From assembly GCA_044359425.1 (NCBI GenBank), contig JBIKMF010000076.1, forward strand, positions 1 to 13,126: a stretch of 13,126 bases of DNA, in the 5' to 3' direction. A model generated the notes under the pieces. It ran no database searches and was not told the origin of the DNA. It saw only the letters and a program-made list of their open reading frames with translations. Positions within the stretch are counted from its first letter, which is position 1. Each line of letters starts with the position of its first letter. Shown in pieces: positions 1 to 7,212 of the stretch. This DNA comes from Phycisphaerales bacterium. Its GTDB lineage: Bacteria > Planctomycetota > Phycisphaerae > Phycisphaerales > UBA1924. A program made the position numbers and the translations under genes.

Positions 1-777
1 GAAGCCGGCGTCGGCGCCCCTCCCCCGGGCCAGGGTGCTCGCGGCCGCGCCGGCCCGCGTGCGCGCCAGGCGGGCATCAACATCGACGGCATGGACTTCG
101 ACCCCGACGACCTCTCGTCGATCTTCGAATCCATCTTCGCGGGGGATCCTGCCGCGAGATCCACCGGGCCCTTCAACGCCGCCGGTGCGCGTGGACGACG
201 CCCTCGCGGCCCCATCGAACTCGAGGAGGATCTCGACGTCGACTTCATGACCTGCGCGAAGGGTGGCAAGAAGTCGATCCGCATCAGCGCGGGCGGCAAG
301 TCGCGCGAGGTTGAGGTCAAGGTCCCCGCAGGGGTCGAAGAAGGCGCGGTCCTGCGGCTGCAGGGACCCCTGGGCCCATCGGGCGAACCCGCTCAGCTCC
401 TGCTCACGGTCCACGTCGCCCGGCATCCCCTGTTCGTCCGAGGCAGCCCCGACGCTCCCGGCAAGGGGCTCGACCTCACCGTCGAGGTGCCCGTCACCAT
501 CGCGGAGTCCACGCTGGGCGCATCGGTCTCCGTCCCGACCCTGGGAGGATCGGCCGAGATCCGCATTCCCCCCGATTCGGCGAGCGGTCGCCGGCTGCGC
601 TTGAAAGGTCAGGGCATCAAGGACGCGGAAGGCAGAATCGGGGATCTCTACGCGGTGGTCCGCGTCGTTCCTCCGCCCTCTGCTCTGCTGAGCGACGCCG
701 AGAAGGAACTCCTCCGCCAACTGTCGGGGAAGACCCCATCTCCGCGTCAGGGACCGGAGTGGACGGGCGGGGGCTGA
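1..777 (+). CDS. DnaJ-family chaperone, C-terminal substrate-binding domains (5'-partial; type II/CbpA-like, no CxxCxGxG zinc-finger region seen)
   Basis: Frame 1 is open from position 1 with no stop; the track ORF 91..777 is the in-frame continuation. A Gly-rich linker is followed by sequence matching the DnaJ CTD I/II pattern (DLDVDFMTCAKGGKKSIRIS..., VPAGVEEGAVLRLQG, GDLYAVVRVVPP, AEKELLRQL). Third-codon-position GC is high. The J domain would lie upstream of the window. Confidence 0.8.
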   Translation, partial: EAGVGAPPPGQGARGRAGPRARQAGINIDGMDFDPDDLSSIFESIFAGDPAARSTGPFNAAGARGRRPRGPIELEEDLDVDFMTCAKGGKKSIRISAGGKSREVEVKVPAGVEEGAVLRLQGPLGPSGEPAQLLLTVHVARHPLFVRGSPDAPGKGLDLTVEVPVTIAESTLGASVSVPTLGGSAEIRIPPDSASGRRLRLKGQGIKDAEGRIGDLYAVVRVVPPPSALLSDAEKELLRQLSGKTPSPRQGPEWTGGG

Positions 778-806
778 CGGGGAGGATTGACGAGAAACCG
801 TTGCCC

Positions 807-830
807 GCGTCGATGTTCTTGACATCGCGC
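807..830 (+). terminator. Imperfect inverted repeat (9-bp stem with one bulge, 5-nt loop) ~30 nt after the DnaJ-like stop; no U-tract; the 3' arm contains TTGACA (819-824)
   Basis: GCGtCGATGT-tcttg-ACATCGCGC was read directly. It could be a U-less terminator or an operator/-35 region for the downstream sugar transferase. Confidence 0.25.
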
Positions 831-902
831 GGGGTGGGGGCGACACTCAGAGGACCGAGTCCGCGGGGGCGGCTCGAAGGGGACGAAGGGGATGCGTAGG
901 GC

Positions 903-2363
903 GTGCTGAAACAACGACACCAGTTCTTCGTCGCACTGCTGTGCGTCGCCGATGCCGCGATCATCGTGGCGTCGTGCGTGGGCGCGTGGGCGGCGCGGCG
1001 GGCGTGGGTCGAAGGCGGGTTCGAGGACGGGTGGCTGCGGGTGGTGCGTGAGCCGTTGTCGCTCTTCGCGGTGCCGCTGGGCCTGAGCGCGGTGTGGGCC
1101 TTCGGGCTGTACCGGGCGCGGCGCGACCGGGGGATGGGCGCGGAGCTGGTGCAGATCGTGAAGGCGTCCCTGGCGACGTGCGTCGGCGTGATCGTCGTGC
1201 TGTGGGTCCTGGGCACGCACCCGATGGGCGCGTGGGCGGGAACGCGGACGATCGAGATCGGCGGCGCGCACCTGGACGGGGCCCGCTTCGAGCTGGCGAC
1301 CATGGCGGTGCTCATGCTGACGATGCTGCTGGCGGTGCGGGGCACGTCCCGGCTTGGGCTGCGTGCGATCCGCCGGCGCGGATGGAACCTGCGCCACGTC
1401 GCCATCGTGGGCACGGGGCGCCTGGGCCGGATCGCGGCAAGGACGTTCGATCGCAACGCCTGGACCGGGATCAGCGTCGCGTACTTCATTTCCCATCAGG
1501 AATCGACGACCCAGAACGAGTGCGCCGACCGACCGGTCAAGGGCGGGCTCGGTGACCTCGAGAAGCTGATGGACCAGGAGAAGCCCGACGCGGTCTACCT
1601 CGCGCTGCCGACGGCCCGCGCATCCCAGATCCCGGTGATCCTCGCGCGTCTCGAGCGGTACGCGGTGGACGTGCGGATCATCCCGGACGTGCCGCCGAAG
1701 TACGTTCCGCAGAGCATGGGTGTCCACGAGCTCGACGGCATGCCGATCCTCAGCGTGCGCGAGTGCCCGAGCGAGCACGGGCTCGGCGGCATCGGTAAAC
1801 GCGTGCTGGACTTCGCCGGTTCGCTCGCGGGGCTGCTGCTCTTCTCGCCGCTGATGATCCTGATCGCGCTGGTGATCCGCGCCACGAGCCCGGGGCCCGT
1901 GATCTTCAAGCAACGCCGCGTGAGCCTTGGCGGCGAGCAGTTCAACATCTACAAGTTCCGGACGATGTACTACGCCGAGGACGAGCAGGGACCCGCCCGC
2001 TGGACCTCGCGCGACGACTCACGCATCACCCCGGTGGGACGCTGGCTGCGGAGCACCAGCCTCGACGAGTTGCCCCAGTTGTTCAACGTGCTCTGCGGCG
2101 AGATGAGCCTCGTCGGCCCGCGCCCCGAACGCCCCGAGCTCATCCTCAAGTTCCGCGAGGACTGGCGCGGGTACATGCTGCGTCAGCACGTGAAGGCCGG
2201 CATCACCGGGTGGGCCCAGGTCAACGGGCTCCGCGGCGACACGTCCCTCAAGAAGCGGCTGCAACTCGACTTGTTCTACGTCCGCCACTGGTCCCTTGGC
2301 TTTGACGTCAAGATCCTCTGGCTCACGCTTTTCCGCGGGTTCGTCCACCGCAACGCGCACTGA
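903..2363 (+). CDS. Polyprenyl-phosphate hexose-1-phosphate transferase (WbaP/WcaJ/exopolysaccharide polyprenyl glycosylphosphotransferase family; Bac_transf domain)
   Basis: GTG start. N-terminal TM helices are followed by a Rossmann-like GTGRLG segment and a C-terminal bacterial sugar-transferase signature (KRVLDFAGSLAGLLLFSPLMILIALVIRATSPGPVIFKQRRVSLGGEQFNIYKFRTM ... DELPQLFNVLCGEMSLVGPRPERPE). GAAGGGGA-type purine run 11-27 nt upstream. Confidence 0.9.
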   Translation: MLKQRHQFFVALLCVADAAIIVASCVGAWAARRAWVEGGFEDGWLRVVREPLSLFAVPLGLSAVWAFGLYRARRDRGMGAELVQIVKASLATCVGVIVVLWVLGTHPMGAWAGTRTIEIGGAHLDGARFELATMAVLMLTMLLAVRGTSRLGLRAIRRRGWNLRHVAIVGTGRLGRIAARTFDRNAWTGISVAYFISHQESTTQNECADRPVKGGLGDLEKLMDQEKPDAVYLALPTARASQIPVILARLERYAVDVRIIPDVPPKYVPQSMGVHELDGMPILSVRECPSEHGLGGIGKRVLDFAGSLAGLLLFSPLMILIALVIRATSPGPVIFKQRRVSLGGEQFNIYKFRTMYYAEDEQGPARWTSRDDSRITPVGRWLRSTSLDELPQLFNVLCGEMSLVGPRPERPELILKFREDWRGYMLRQHVKAGITGWAQVNGLRGDTSLKKRLQLDLFYVRHWSLGFDVKILWLTLFRGFVHRNAH

Positions 2364-2365
2364 TC

Positions 2366-4372
2366 TCAGGCGGCTTTCGCGGCGGCGACGACCTTCAGCA
2401 TCTTCGCGATCCACTCGTCGGGCTTCGCGCAGAACTCGGTCTTCTCCACGAACAGGCTCGCGCCCGCGGCGAGCGAACCGGCGCGGACCGCGTCGTGGTT
2501 CACGCCCGTGAGCATCGCGGCGGGGATCTTCGCCGTGGCCTTGTTGGACTTCAGCCACTTGATGAACTGCAGCCCCGACATCCCCGGCATGCGGGCGTCG
2601 ACGATCACCATGTCCGGCAGCGGTGCGCCCGAGGAGAGAACCTCCACGCCCTCCTCGCCGCTGGATGCGGTGGAGATGCGCATCCCGCCCTTCTTCGAGA
2701 GCAGCACCTGGAGCAGCCGGATCGCGAGCGGATCGTCGTCGATCAGTAGCACGCCGACGGGCTCGGGCTTGGTCGCCGGTTCGATCTTCGCGACCGGGGC
2801 CGCGGGTTCGGGCTTCACGATCGGAGTCGCCGCCGGTGCGGGTTCGGTCTTGGGCGCGGGTGCTTCGATGGGCGTTTCGTTGGGGTTGAACGTGCCCCAC
2901 CGCGCGACGCGGTTGCGGCCGGTCTTCTTGGCGTGGTACACGGCGTGGTCGGCGTGCTGAACGAGCGTCTCGGCGCTCTCGCGGTCGCGACCCGGGATGC
3001 ACGAAGCGACGCCGACGCTCACGGTCACGCGGAGCGAGTCGACCTTGGCGCCGGTGTGCGCGATGTCGACGGGCGACGCCTCGACGCAGGCCCGCACTTC
3101 CTCGGCGATCTGCATGCCATGATCGACGTCGGCGCGCGGCAGGATGATGGCGAACTCCTCGCCGCCGTACCGGCAGACGTGCCCACGCTCGCCGACGGTG
3201 TCTCGCATCCGCTTCGCAAGTTCGATCAGCACCGCGTCGCCGGCCTTGTGCCCGTGCGTGTCGTTGACCGACTTGAACTTGTCGCCGTCTATGAAGAGCA
3301 GCGAGAGCGGCGAAGACTCGAGGCTCCCGCACTCGAACGCGCCGGGCAGTTCGCGGTCGAAGTACTTGCGGTTGTGCGCGCCGGTCAGGCCATCGGTCAC
3401 CGTCTGGCGGGCCAGCTCGTCGTTCTTGCGCTGGAGTTCCGCCGCCTGCTCCCGCATCTCCTCCTGCGTCGCGATCAGCATCTCGTGGGCTTCGCTCAGG
3501 ATCTGCGAGACGTCCGGGCTCTCACCCGTGCGGATCTCCAGCAGTTTCGACACTTCCGCCGCGCCCTTGGAGATCAGCGGCAGCAGCTCGCGCGACGCGT
3601 TCCCGTCGATCTGGAACCACTCGCGGGCCCGGATGATGAACGCGCCCAGCTTCTTCTTGGGATCCTGATGCGTAAGCGCGGCGGCGGCCAAGCCGCCCAG
3701 GTGCACACACTTCAGCAGGTTGTCGAACTGCGGGTGGCAACGCTCCGGCGTGTGGTGCTGCGAGATGCACTCCACCAGTTGCGGCGGCAGACGCCACTTC
3801 GACGCGAGCTTCGCGCCCGCCTGCGTGTGGTCGAAGCCGAGCATCTCCTGCTCCGGGATCAACGACTCGTCGTGGTCCTCGCCCACCGCGTTGAGGATCG
3901 TCAGGTACTGTTCCTTCAGCGCGACCCACGACGCCAGGACGCCGATGTCCTGCAGCAGCGCGCCCAGGAACGCCTCCTCCGGATCGAACGCGCGGGCGTG
4001 CTGCGCAATCGCCCTCGCGCCCGCCGCCGAGAACACCGCTCGCCGCCAGTACTGCGTGATGTCGAACGCGCCGCCGATGTTCTTCGTGCAATCCACCACG
4101 CTGAAGCCCAGCACGATCGACTTCACCGTGTTCAACCCGAGCAGGCTCATCGCGCGGCTGATGCTCGGGCAGGGCGTCGTTAGCCCGTAGTAGCTCGAGT
4201 TGACCGTCTTCAGTACCTTGGTCGAGAGCGCCGGATCGTTCTGCACCGTCTGCGCGATCTTCACGATCGAAACCTGCGGGTCGCGGGTCAGCTCCAGCAC
4301 CTTCATCGCTACGCCGGGAAGCGTCGGAAGGCTGGGGCAGGCGAGCACGCGATCAAGCAGCGATGATGACAT
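2366..4372 (-). CDS. Diguanylate cyclase with N-terminal HDOD domain, central GGDEF domain (GGEEF active site) and C-terminal response-regulator receiver domain
   Basis: HDOD-like N-terminus (LPTLPGVAMKVLELTRDPQVS...). Coiled-coil, then GGDEF (LTGAHNRKYFD ... RYGGEEFAIILP) with no RxxD I-site upstream of GGEEF. A Pro/Ala/Glu-rich ~45-aa linker (EPAPAATPIVKPEPAAPV...) precedes REC (VLLIDDDPLAIRLL ... VIVDARMPGMSG ... KIPAAMLTG). I chose the ATG at 4372 (MSSSLLDRV) because GC3-rich codon usage and the HDOD start begin there; the six-frame ORF extends to a TTG at 4450. Confidence 0.85.
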   Translation of the reverse strand: MSSSLLDRVLACPSLPTLPGVAMKVLELTRDPQVSIVKIAQTVQNDPALSTKVLKTVNSSYYGLTTPCPSISRAMSLLGLNTVKSIVLGFSVVDCTKNIGGAFDITQYWRRAVFSAAGARAIAQHARAFDPEEAFLGALLQDIGVLASWVALKEQYLTILNAVGEDHDESLIPEQEMLGFDHTQAGAKLASKWRLPPQLVECISQHHTPERCHPQFDNLLKCVHLGGLAAAALTHQDPKKKLGAFIIRAREWFQIDGNASRELLPLISKGAAEVSKLLEIRTGESPDVSQILSEAHEMLIATQEEMREQAAELQRKNDELARQTVTDGLTGAHNRKYFDRELPGAFECGSLESSPLSLLFIDGDKFKSVNDTHGHKAGDAVLIELAKRMRDTVGERGHVCRYGGEEFAIILPRADVDHGMQIAEEVRACVEASPVDIAHTGAKVDSLRVTVSVGVASCIPGRDRESAETLVQHADHAVYHAKKTGRNRVARWGTFNPNETPIEAPAPKTEPAPAATPIVKPEPAAPVAKIEPATKPEPVGVLLIDDDPLAIRLLQVLLSKKGGMRISTASSGEEGVEVLSSGAPLPDMVIVDARMPGMSGLQFIKWLKSNKATAKIPAAMLTGVNHDAVRAGSLAAGASLFVEKTEFCAKPDEWIAKMLKVVAAAKAA

Positions 4373-4568
4373 GATGTACAGAGAGACCCGCAGCCACGGG
4401 GCGCGGCCAAACCGCTCCACGGATGGTCCCGTCACCCCACGCCTATTCAATCGACAGCCTGAAGAGGTGGATCAAGTACATACACCGGCGTCGGGGGGAT
4501 TGGTATGCCAGGCCCCCGCACAGGCGGACCTCACCCGGACAGACCGCCCAAGTCCCCCAGACGGACCT

Positions 4569-5354
4569 CTAGCTTTGCATCGATTCGAGGAAGTCCGGGT
4601 TCATCCCGAGGCACACACCCGACAGGATCGTCGCAACGATCGTGCCGAGGAACACGTACTTCAGGGTTGCGCTTTCGCAGACGAAAAACGCGTAGTAGAT
4701 GTGGTAAAGAAACCCGAACGGGAGGCACGGGAGCAGCAGATACAGCAGCCCGTGTGCGGTGCTCGAGCGGAAGGCGTCAAGCAGCATCATGATCCACGTT
4801 ACAAGCCCAGTCACTCCCAGGATGACAGACCCGACGTTGAACAACGTAGTGTTCGCGGTGAACGCCGCGATGCACAGCGGACCGGCACAGCACAGAATGA
4901 CCGCGAACGCCCACACCCACTCGGGTATGTCCGCGAGGTTCGAGTAGCCCTGCCGACGATCCGGCCTCTCTTCGACTTCCTTCGCCTTGATCACCCGCAC
5001 CTTCAGCTGCTCACCCGTCTTGGTGTTGAACCCGCAGTTCATGCAGACCAGCGTGTTCTCTTCCATCGGCTTGAAGCAGCTCGGGCACGGCTTCGTGGCC
5101 GCGTCCGACTTCTTCGCCCCCGGTCCCGGGATGTCCAGCAGAAAGGCGTTATCCGCTTCGGTCGAGGCCACCGTCTTGGGTGGTGCCGCGGGTGCCGCCT
5201 TGGGCGCCTGCTGCACGGCACGGGCCTGCTTCGCGTGCGCGATGCACTCCGCGCAGATGTACTTGCCCTGCGCGTCCTTCGTCCGCTGCTTGTTTGAGCA
5301 GTCCAGACCGCAAATGGAACAGATCTTGGGTGACGAAGCGGGGACGTCTGCCAT
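4569..5354 (-). CDS. Cys-rich zinc-ribbon membrane protein (two N-terminal CxxC...CxxC ribbons + 4 predicted TM helices), unknown family
   Basis: N-terminus MADVPASSPKICSICGLDCS...YICAECIA and CPSCFKPMEENTLVCMNCG. C-terminal hydrophobic helices (WVWAFAVILCCAGPLCIAAF, VGSVILGVTGLVTWIMMLL, LLYLLLPCLPFGFLYHIYYAFF, YVFLGTIVATILSGVCLGM). Coherent codon usage. The opposite-strand ORF 4200..5297 is R/P-rich shadow. Confidence 0.7.
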   Translation of the reverse strand: MADVPASSPKICSICGLDCSNKQRTKDAQGKYICAECIAHAKQARAVQQAPKAAPAAPPKTVASTEADNAFLLDIPGPGAKKSDAATKPCPSCFKPMEENTLVCMNCGFNTKTGEQLKVRVIKAKEVEERPDRRQGYSNLADIPEWVWAFAVILCCAGPLCIAAFTANTTLFNVGSVILGVTGLVTWIMMLLDAFRSSTAHGLLYLLLPCLPFGFLYHIYYAFFVCESATLKYVFLGTIVATILSGVCLGMNPDFLESMQS

Positions 5355-5415
5355 GGTGCAACTCGCAGGGGGTCGTATCCCGCCGCGGCCGCGCGGGGGA
5401 GGTGCAGAGTGTAAC

Positions 5416-5431
5416 CGGCCCGCTCGGGCCG
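5416..5431 (-). terminator. Short GC hairpin (CGGCCCG/CGGGCCG arms) just 3' of the upstream Zn-ribbon gene stop, between the two tandem Zn-ribbon genes
   Basis: Inverted repeat read directly. No U-tract. Confidence 0.2.
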
Positions 5432-5438
5432 TGGGAAT

Positions 5439-6287
5439 CTAGAGCACCATGGCGATCACCACGGCGATCACGACCCAAGCCACCGTGTTCACGAGGATGA
5501 TGACCCAACTGTCCGAGAGCTCCAGGTCGAACAGCTCGGTCAGCAGGAACGCGAAGACCACCAGTCCGAGAATGAAACCGAACCCGCCCGCGCCCGGCAG
5601 CCGGGTCGCCGCGCACACGGTGTTCACTAGCTGAACGGTGGCCACGATCGCCGTCATCCGCAGGGCCACGAGCCACAGGGGCGGGTCCAGCCCCAGCCCC
5701 AGCATCCCGCAGACCCAGAACGTGCCCGACGCAACCACAACCGACGCCGGGAACCACAGGAGGAACGCGCCCGCCGCCGGCACCCCCCGCGAGAAGGCCA
5801 GCACGGCCACCAGCATCGTGACCGACACCGCCGCGAGGATCGCCGGCTTGCGGATCTCGGCCCGGAGCACCTCGCGCGAGGTCTCCTCGAGTTGTTCCGC
5901 CCGCGAACGACGCGAGTTCATCACCCCGCATTCCGGGCACTTCAGGGTCGGGAGGCCCTTCAGGTCGTAGCCGCACCCCGAGCAGATGACCGTGGGGGTC
6001 ATCGAAGGATTTTGTTCGGTGATCGCGGTGTAGACCGATGGCAACTTCCCGCAGCTCCCGCACTTGGCGACTCCCGGCTGCAGCGGGGCCTCGCAGTACG
6101 GGCACGGCGCCCGCGTGCCGGTGGGAGCCTGATCGATCAGCGCGATTGTGCCATCGGGTTCCACCACCGTTCCAGTCGCTTGAACGCACAGGGGGCAGAC
6201 CAGGCGGCCCGCCGGGTCGGCGTGGGCGGACAGGCCGGAGCAGGAGCGGCCGCAACGGAAGCAGAGGTTCTTGAGGCGGTTGGTCAT
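5439..6287 (-). CDS. Cys-rich multi-zinc-ribbon membrane protein (three to four N-terminal CxxC pairs incl. CxxCGYDLxG...CPECG, + 5 predicted TM helices), unknown family
   Basis: C9-x2-C12...C31-x2-C34; C62-x2-C65...C76-x2-C79; C102-x2-C105-GYDLKG...C117-x2-C120. Five hydrophobic helices follow, ending ...VAWVVIAVVIAMVL. Architecture is paralogous to the downstream gene 4569..5354. Confidence 0.7.
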   Translation of the reverse strand: MTNRLKNLCFRCGRSCSGLSAHADPAGRLVCPLCVQATGTVVEPDGTIALIDQAPTGTRAPCPYCEAPLQPGVAKCGSCGKLPSVYTAITEQNPSMTPTVICSGCGYDLKGLPTLKCPECGVMNSRRSRAEQLEETSREVLRAEIRKPAILAAVSVTMLVAVLAFSRGVPAAGAFLLWFPASVVVASGTFWVCGMLGLGLDPPLWLVALRMTAIVATVQLVNTVCAATRLPGAGGFGFILGLVVFAFLLTELFDLELSDSWVIILVNTVAWVVIAVVIAMVL

Positions 6288-6343
6288 GCCGGTCCGGCGG
6301 AGTGTACGGGTTCTTTCGTCGAGAGTTGCGAGATCGCCGCGCC

Positions 6344-6363
6344 GGAACCATGGCCCGGGCGTC
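6344..6363 (+). promoter_or_regulatory. ECF-type promoter-like motif GGAAC-N11-CGTC upstream of the ECF sigma gene (possible autoregulated promoter)
   Basis: GGAAC at 6344-6348 and CGTC at 6360-6363. The spacer is shorter than the usual 15-17 nt, so this is weak. Confidence 0.15.
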
Positions 6364-6459
6364 TTGTTCTAGGGAAGGGGGTTGGCCGTGCTGACCACAT
6401 GCACCAGACGGATGATCGAAGCTATGAATAAGATCGCCACCAACTCACCTCCCAAACCG

Positions 6460-6491
6460 CCCCCGGGCATCGATGCGATGCCAGCCGGGGG
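6460..6491 (+). promoter_or_regulatory. Strong nested inverted repeat (about 13 bp of pairing: CCCCCGGG-CATCG-atg-CGATG-CCagCCGGGGG) in the putative 5' leader ~45 nt upstream of the sigma ATG
   Basis: Read directly. Lies in the low-GC3 stretch 6382-6534 that I judge non-coding. Candidate operator or RNA hairpin. Confidence 0.3.
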
Positions 6492-6534
6492 CTCAGGCGG
6501 CGTGCGAGCGAGGTTCAGGAATGGCCGTGCGATC

Positions 6535-7212
6535 ATGAGCAAGGAACACTTTCCCGATACCGAGCACACCTACATCTTCAGCTGCCTGGGGACCGGGGCC
6601 CGCGCGGCGGAGCTTCAGCGCCATCTGATGGCCGTCTACGCCATGCCGCTCAAGGCGTACTTCCTGGGGACCAGCTTCCGGTCTGTCGCGGAGCCCGACG
6701 AGATCATCAACGGTTTCCTGCTCGACCGGCTCACGCGCGAGGATTTCATCCCAAAGTGGCGCGCGAGCGGGATGCTCCTTCGCCGGTGGCTGATGAAGTC
6801 GCTGCGGTTCTACCTCTACGAGTACCTCCGCAGCGAGGGCCGGCACGCCAGCGTGGGAGAGGACGTGCTGCAGGCACTCCAGCGCGACGACGACCACACC
6901 GCGGAGCTCGACCGCGAGTTCGCCCGCTCCATCGTGCGCCGGGCCCTCGCGGTTACCAAGCACGAGTGCGACCTCGCCGGACTCGCGCAGCACCACGAGT
7001 TCTTCTGCCGCTACGCCCTCTCCGACGTCACCTGCGAATCACTCGCCGCGCAGCACGGCATGAGCGCGGACCGAGTCTGGGTGATGGTGCGCACCGCGCA
7101 GCGCCGGTTCGTGCGGGCCTTGCGTGCCGCCGTGACCGACGACGGCGTCCAGTCGCCGGACATCGATGCAGAGATCGCCAATCTTTTGGACATGATGGGG
7201 GGAAACCGATGA
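6535..7212 (+). CDS. ECF (extracytoplasmic function) sigma-70 family RNA polymerase sigma factor
   Basis: Region 2-like FRSVAEPDEIINGFLLDRL ... LLRRWLMKSLRFYLYEYLRSE. Region 4 HTH-like LSDVTCESLAAQHGMSADRVWVMVRTAQRRFVRALR. I chose the ATG at 6535 (MSKEHF) because GC3-rich codon usage begins there; the six-frame ORF extends to TTG 6382 / ATG 6412. The stop TGA overlaps the next gene's ATG (ATGA). Confidence 0.75.
   Translation: MSKEHFPDTEHTYIFSCLGTGARAAELQRHLMAVYAMPLKAYFLGTSFRSVAEPDEIINGFLLDRLTREDFIPKWRASGMLLRRWLMKSLRFYLYEYLRSEGRHASVGEDVLQALQRDDDHTAELDREFARSIVRRALAVTKHECDLAGLAQHHEFFCRYALSDVTCESLAAQHGMSADRVWVMVRTAQRRFVRALRAAVTDDGVQSPDIDAEIANLLDMMGGNR

Noticed and set aside
747-1913. 388-aa minus-strand ORF, plus 617..1489 -, antisense to the sugar transferase
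   Set aside because: R/H/D/P-rich with no recognisable domains. The sense-strand product has an unmistakable Bac_transf signature.
2019-3332. 437-aa minus-strand ORF (and 2933..4183 + 416 aa) overlapping the GGDEF gene region
   Set aside because: Arg/Gly/Pro/Asp-rich low-complexity translations typical of antisense or off-frame shadows in high-GC DNA. The HDOD-GGDEF-REC frame has clear domains and high GC3.
4200-5297. 365-aa plus-strand ORF opposite the Zn-ribbon gene, and 5149..6351 - (400 aa) off-frame
   Set aside because: Low-complexity R/P/G-rich translations. The chosen frames have patterned Cys ribbons and hydrophobic helices.
5384-5393. Perfect 10-bp palindrome CGCGGCCGCG between the two Zn-ribbon genes
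   Set aside because: Short GC palindromes of this kind are expected by chance in ~70% GC DNA. There is no flanking symmetry.
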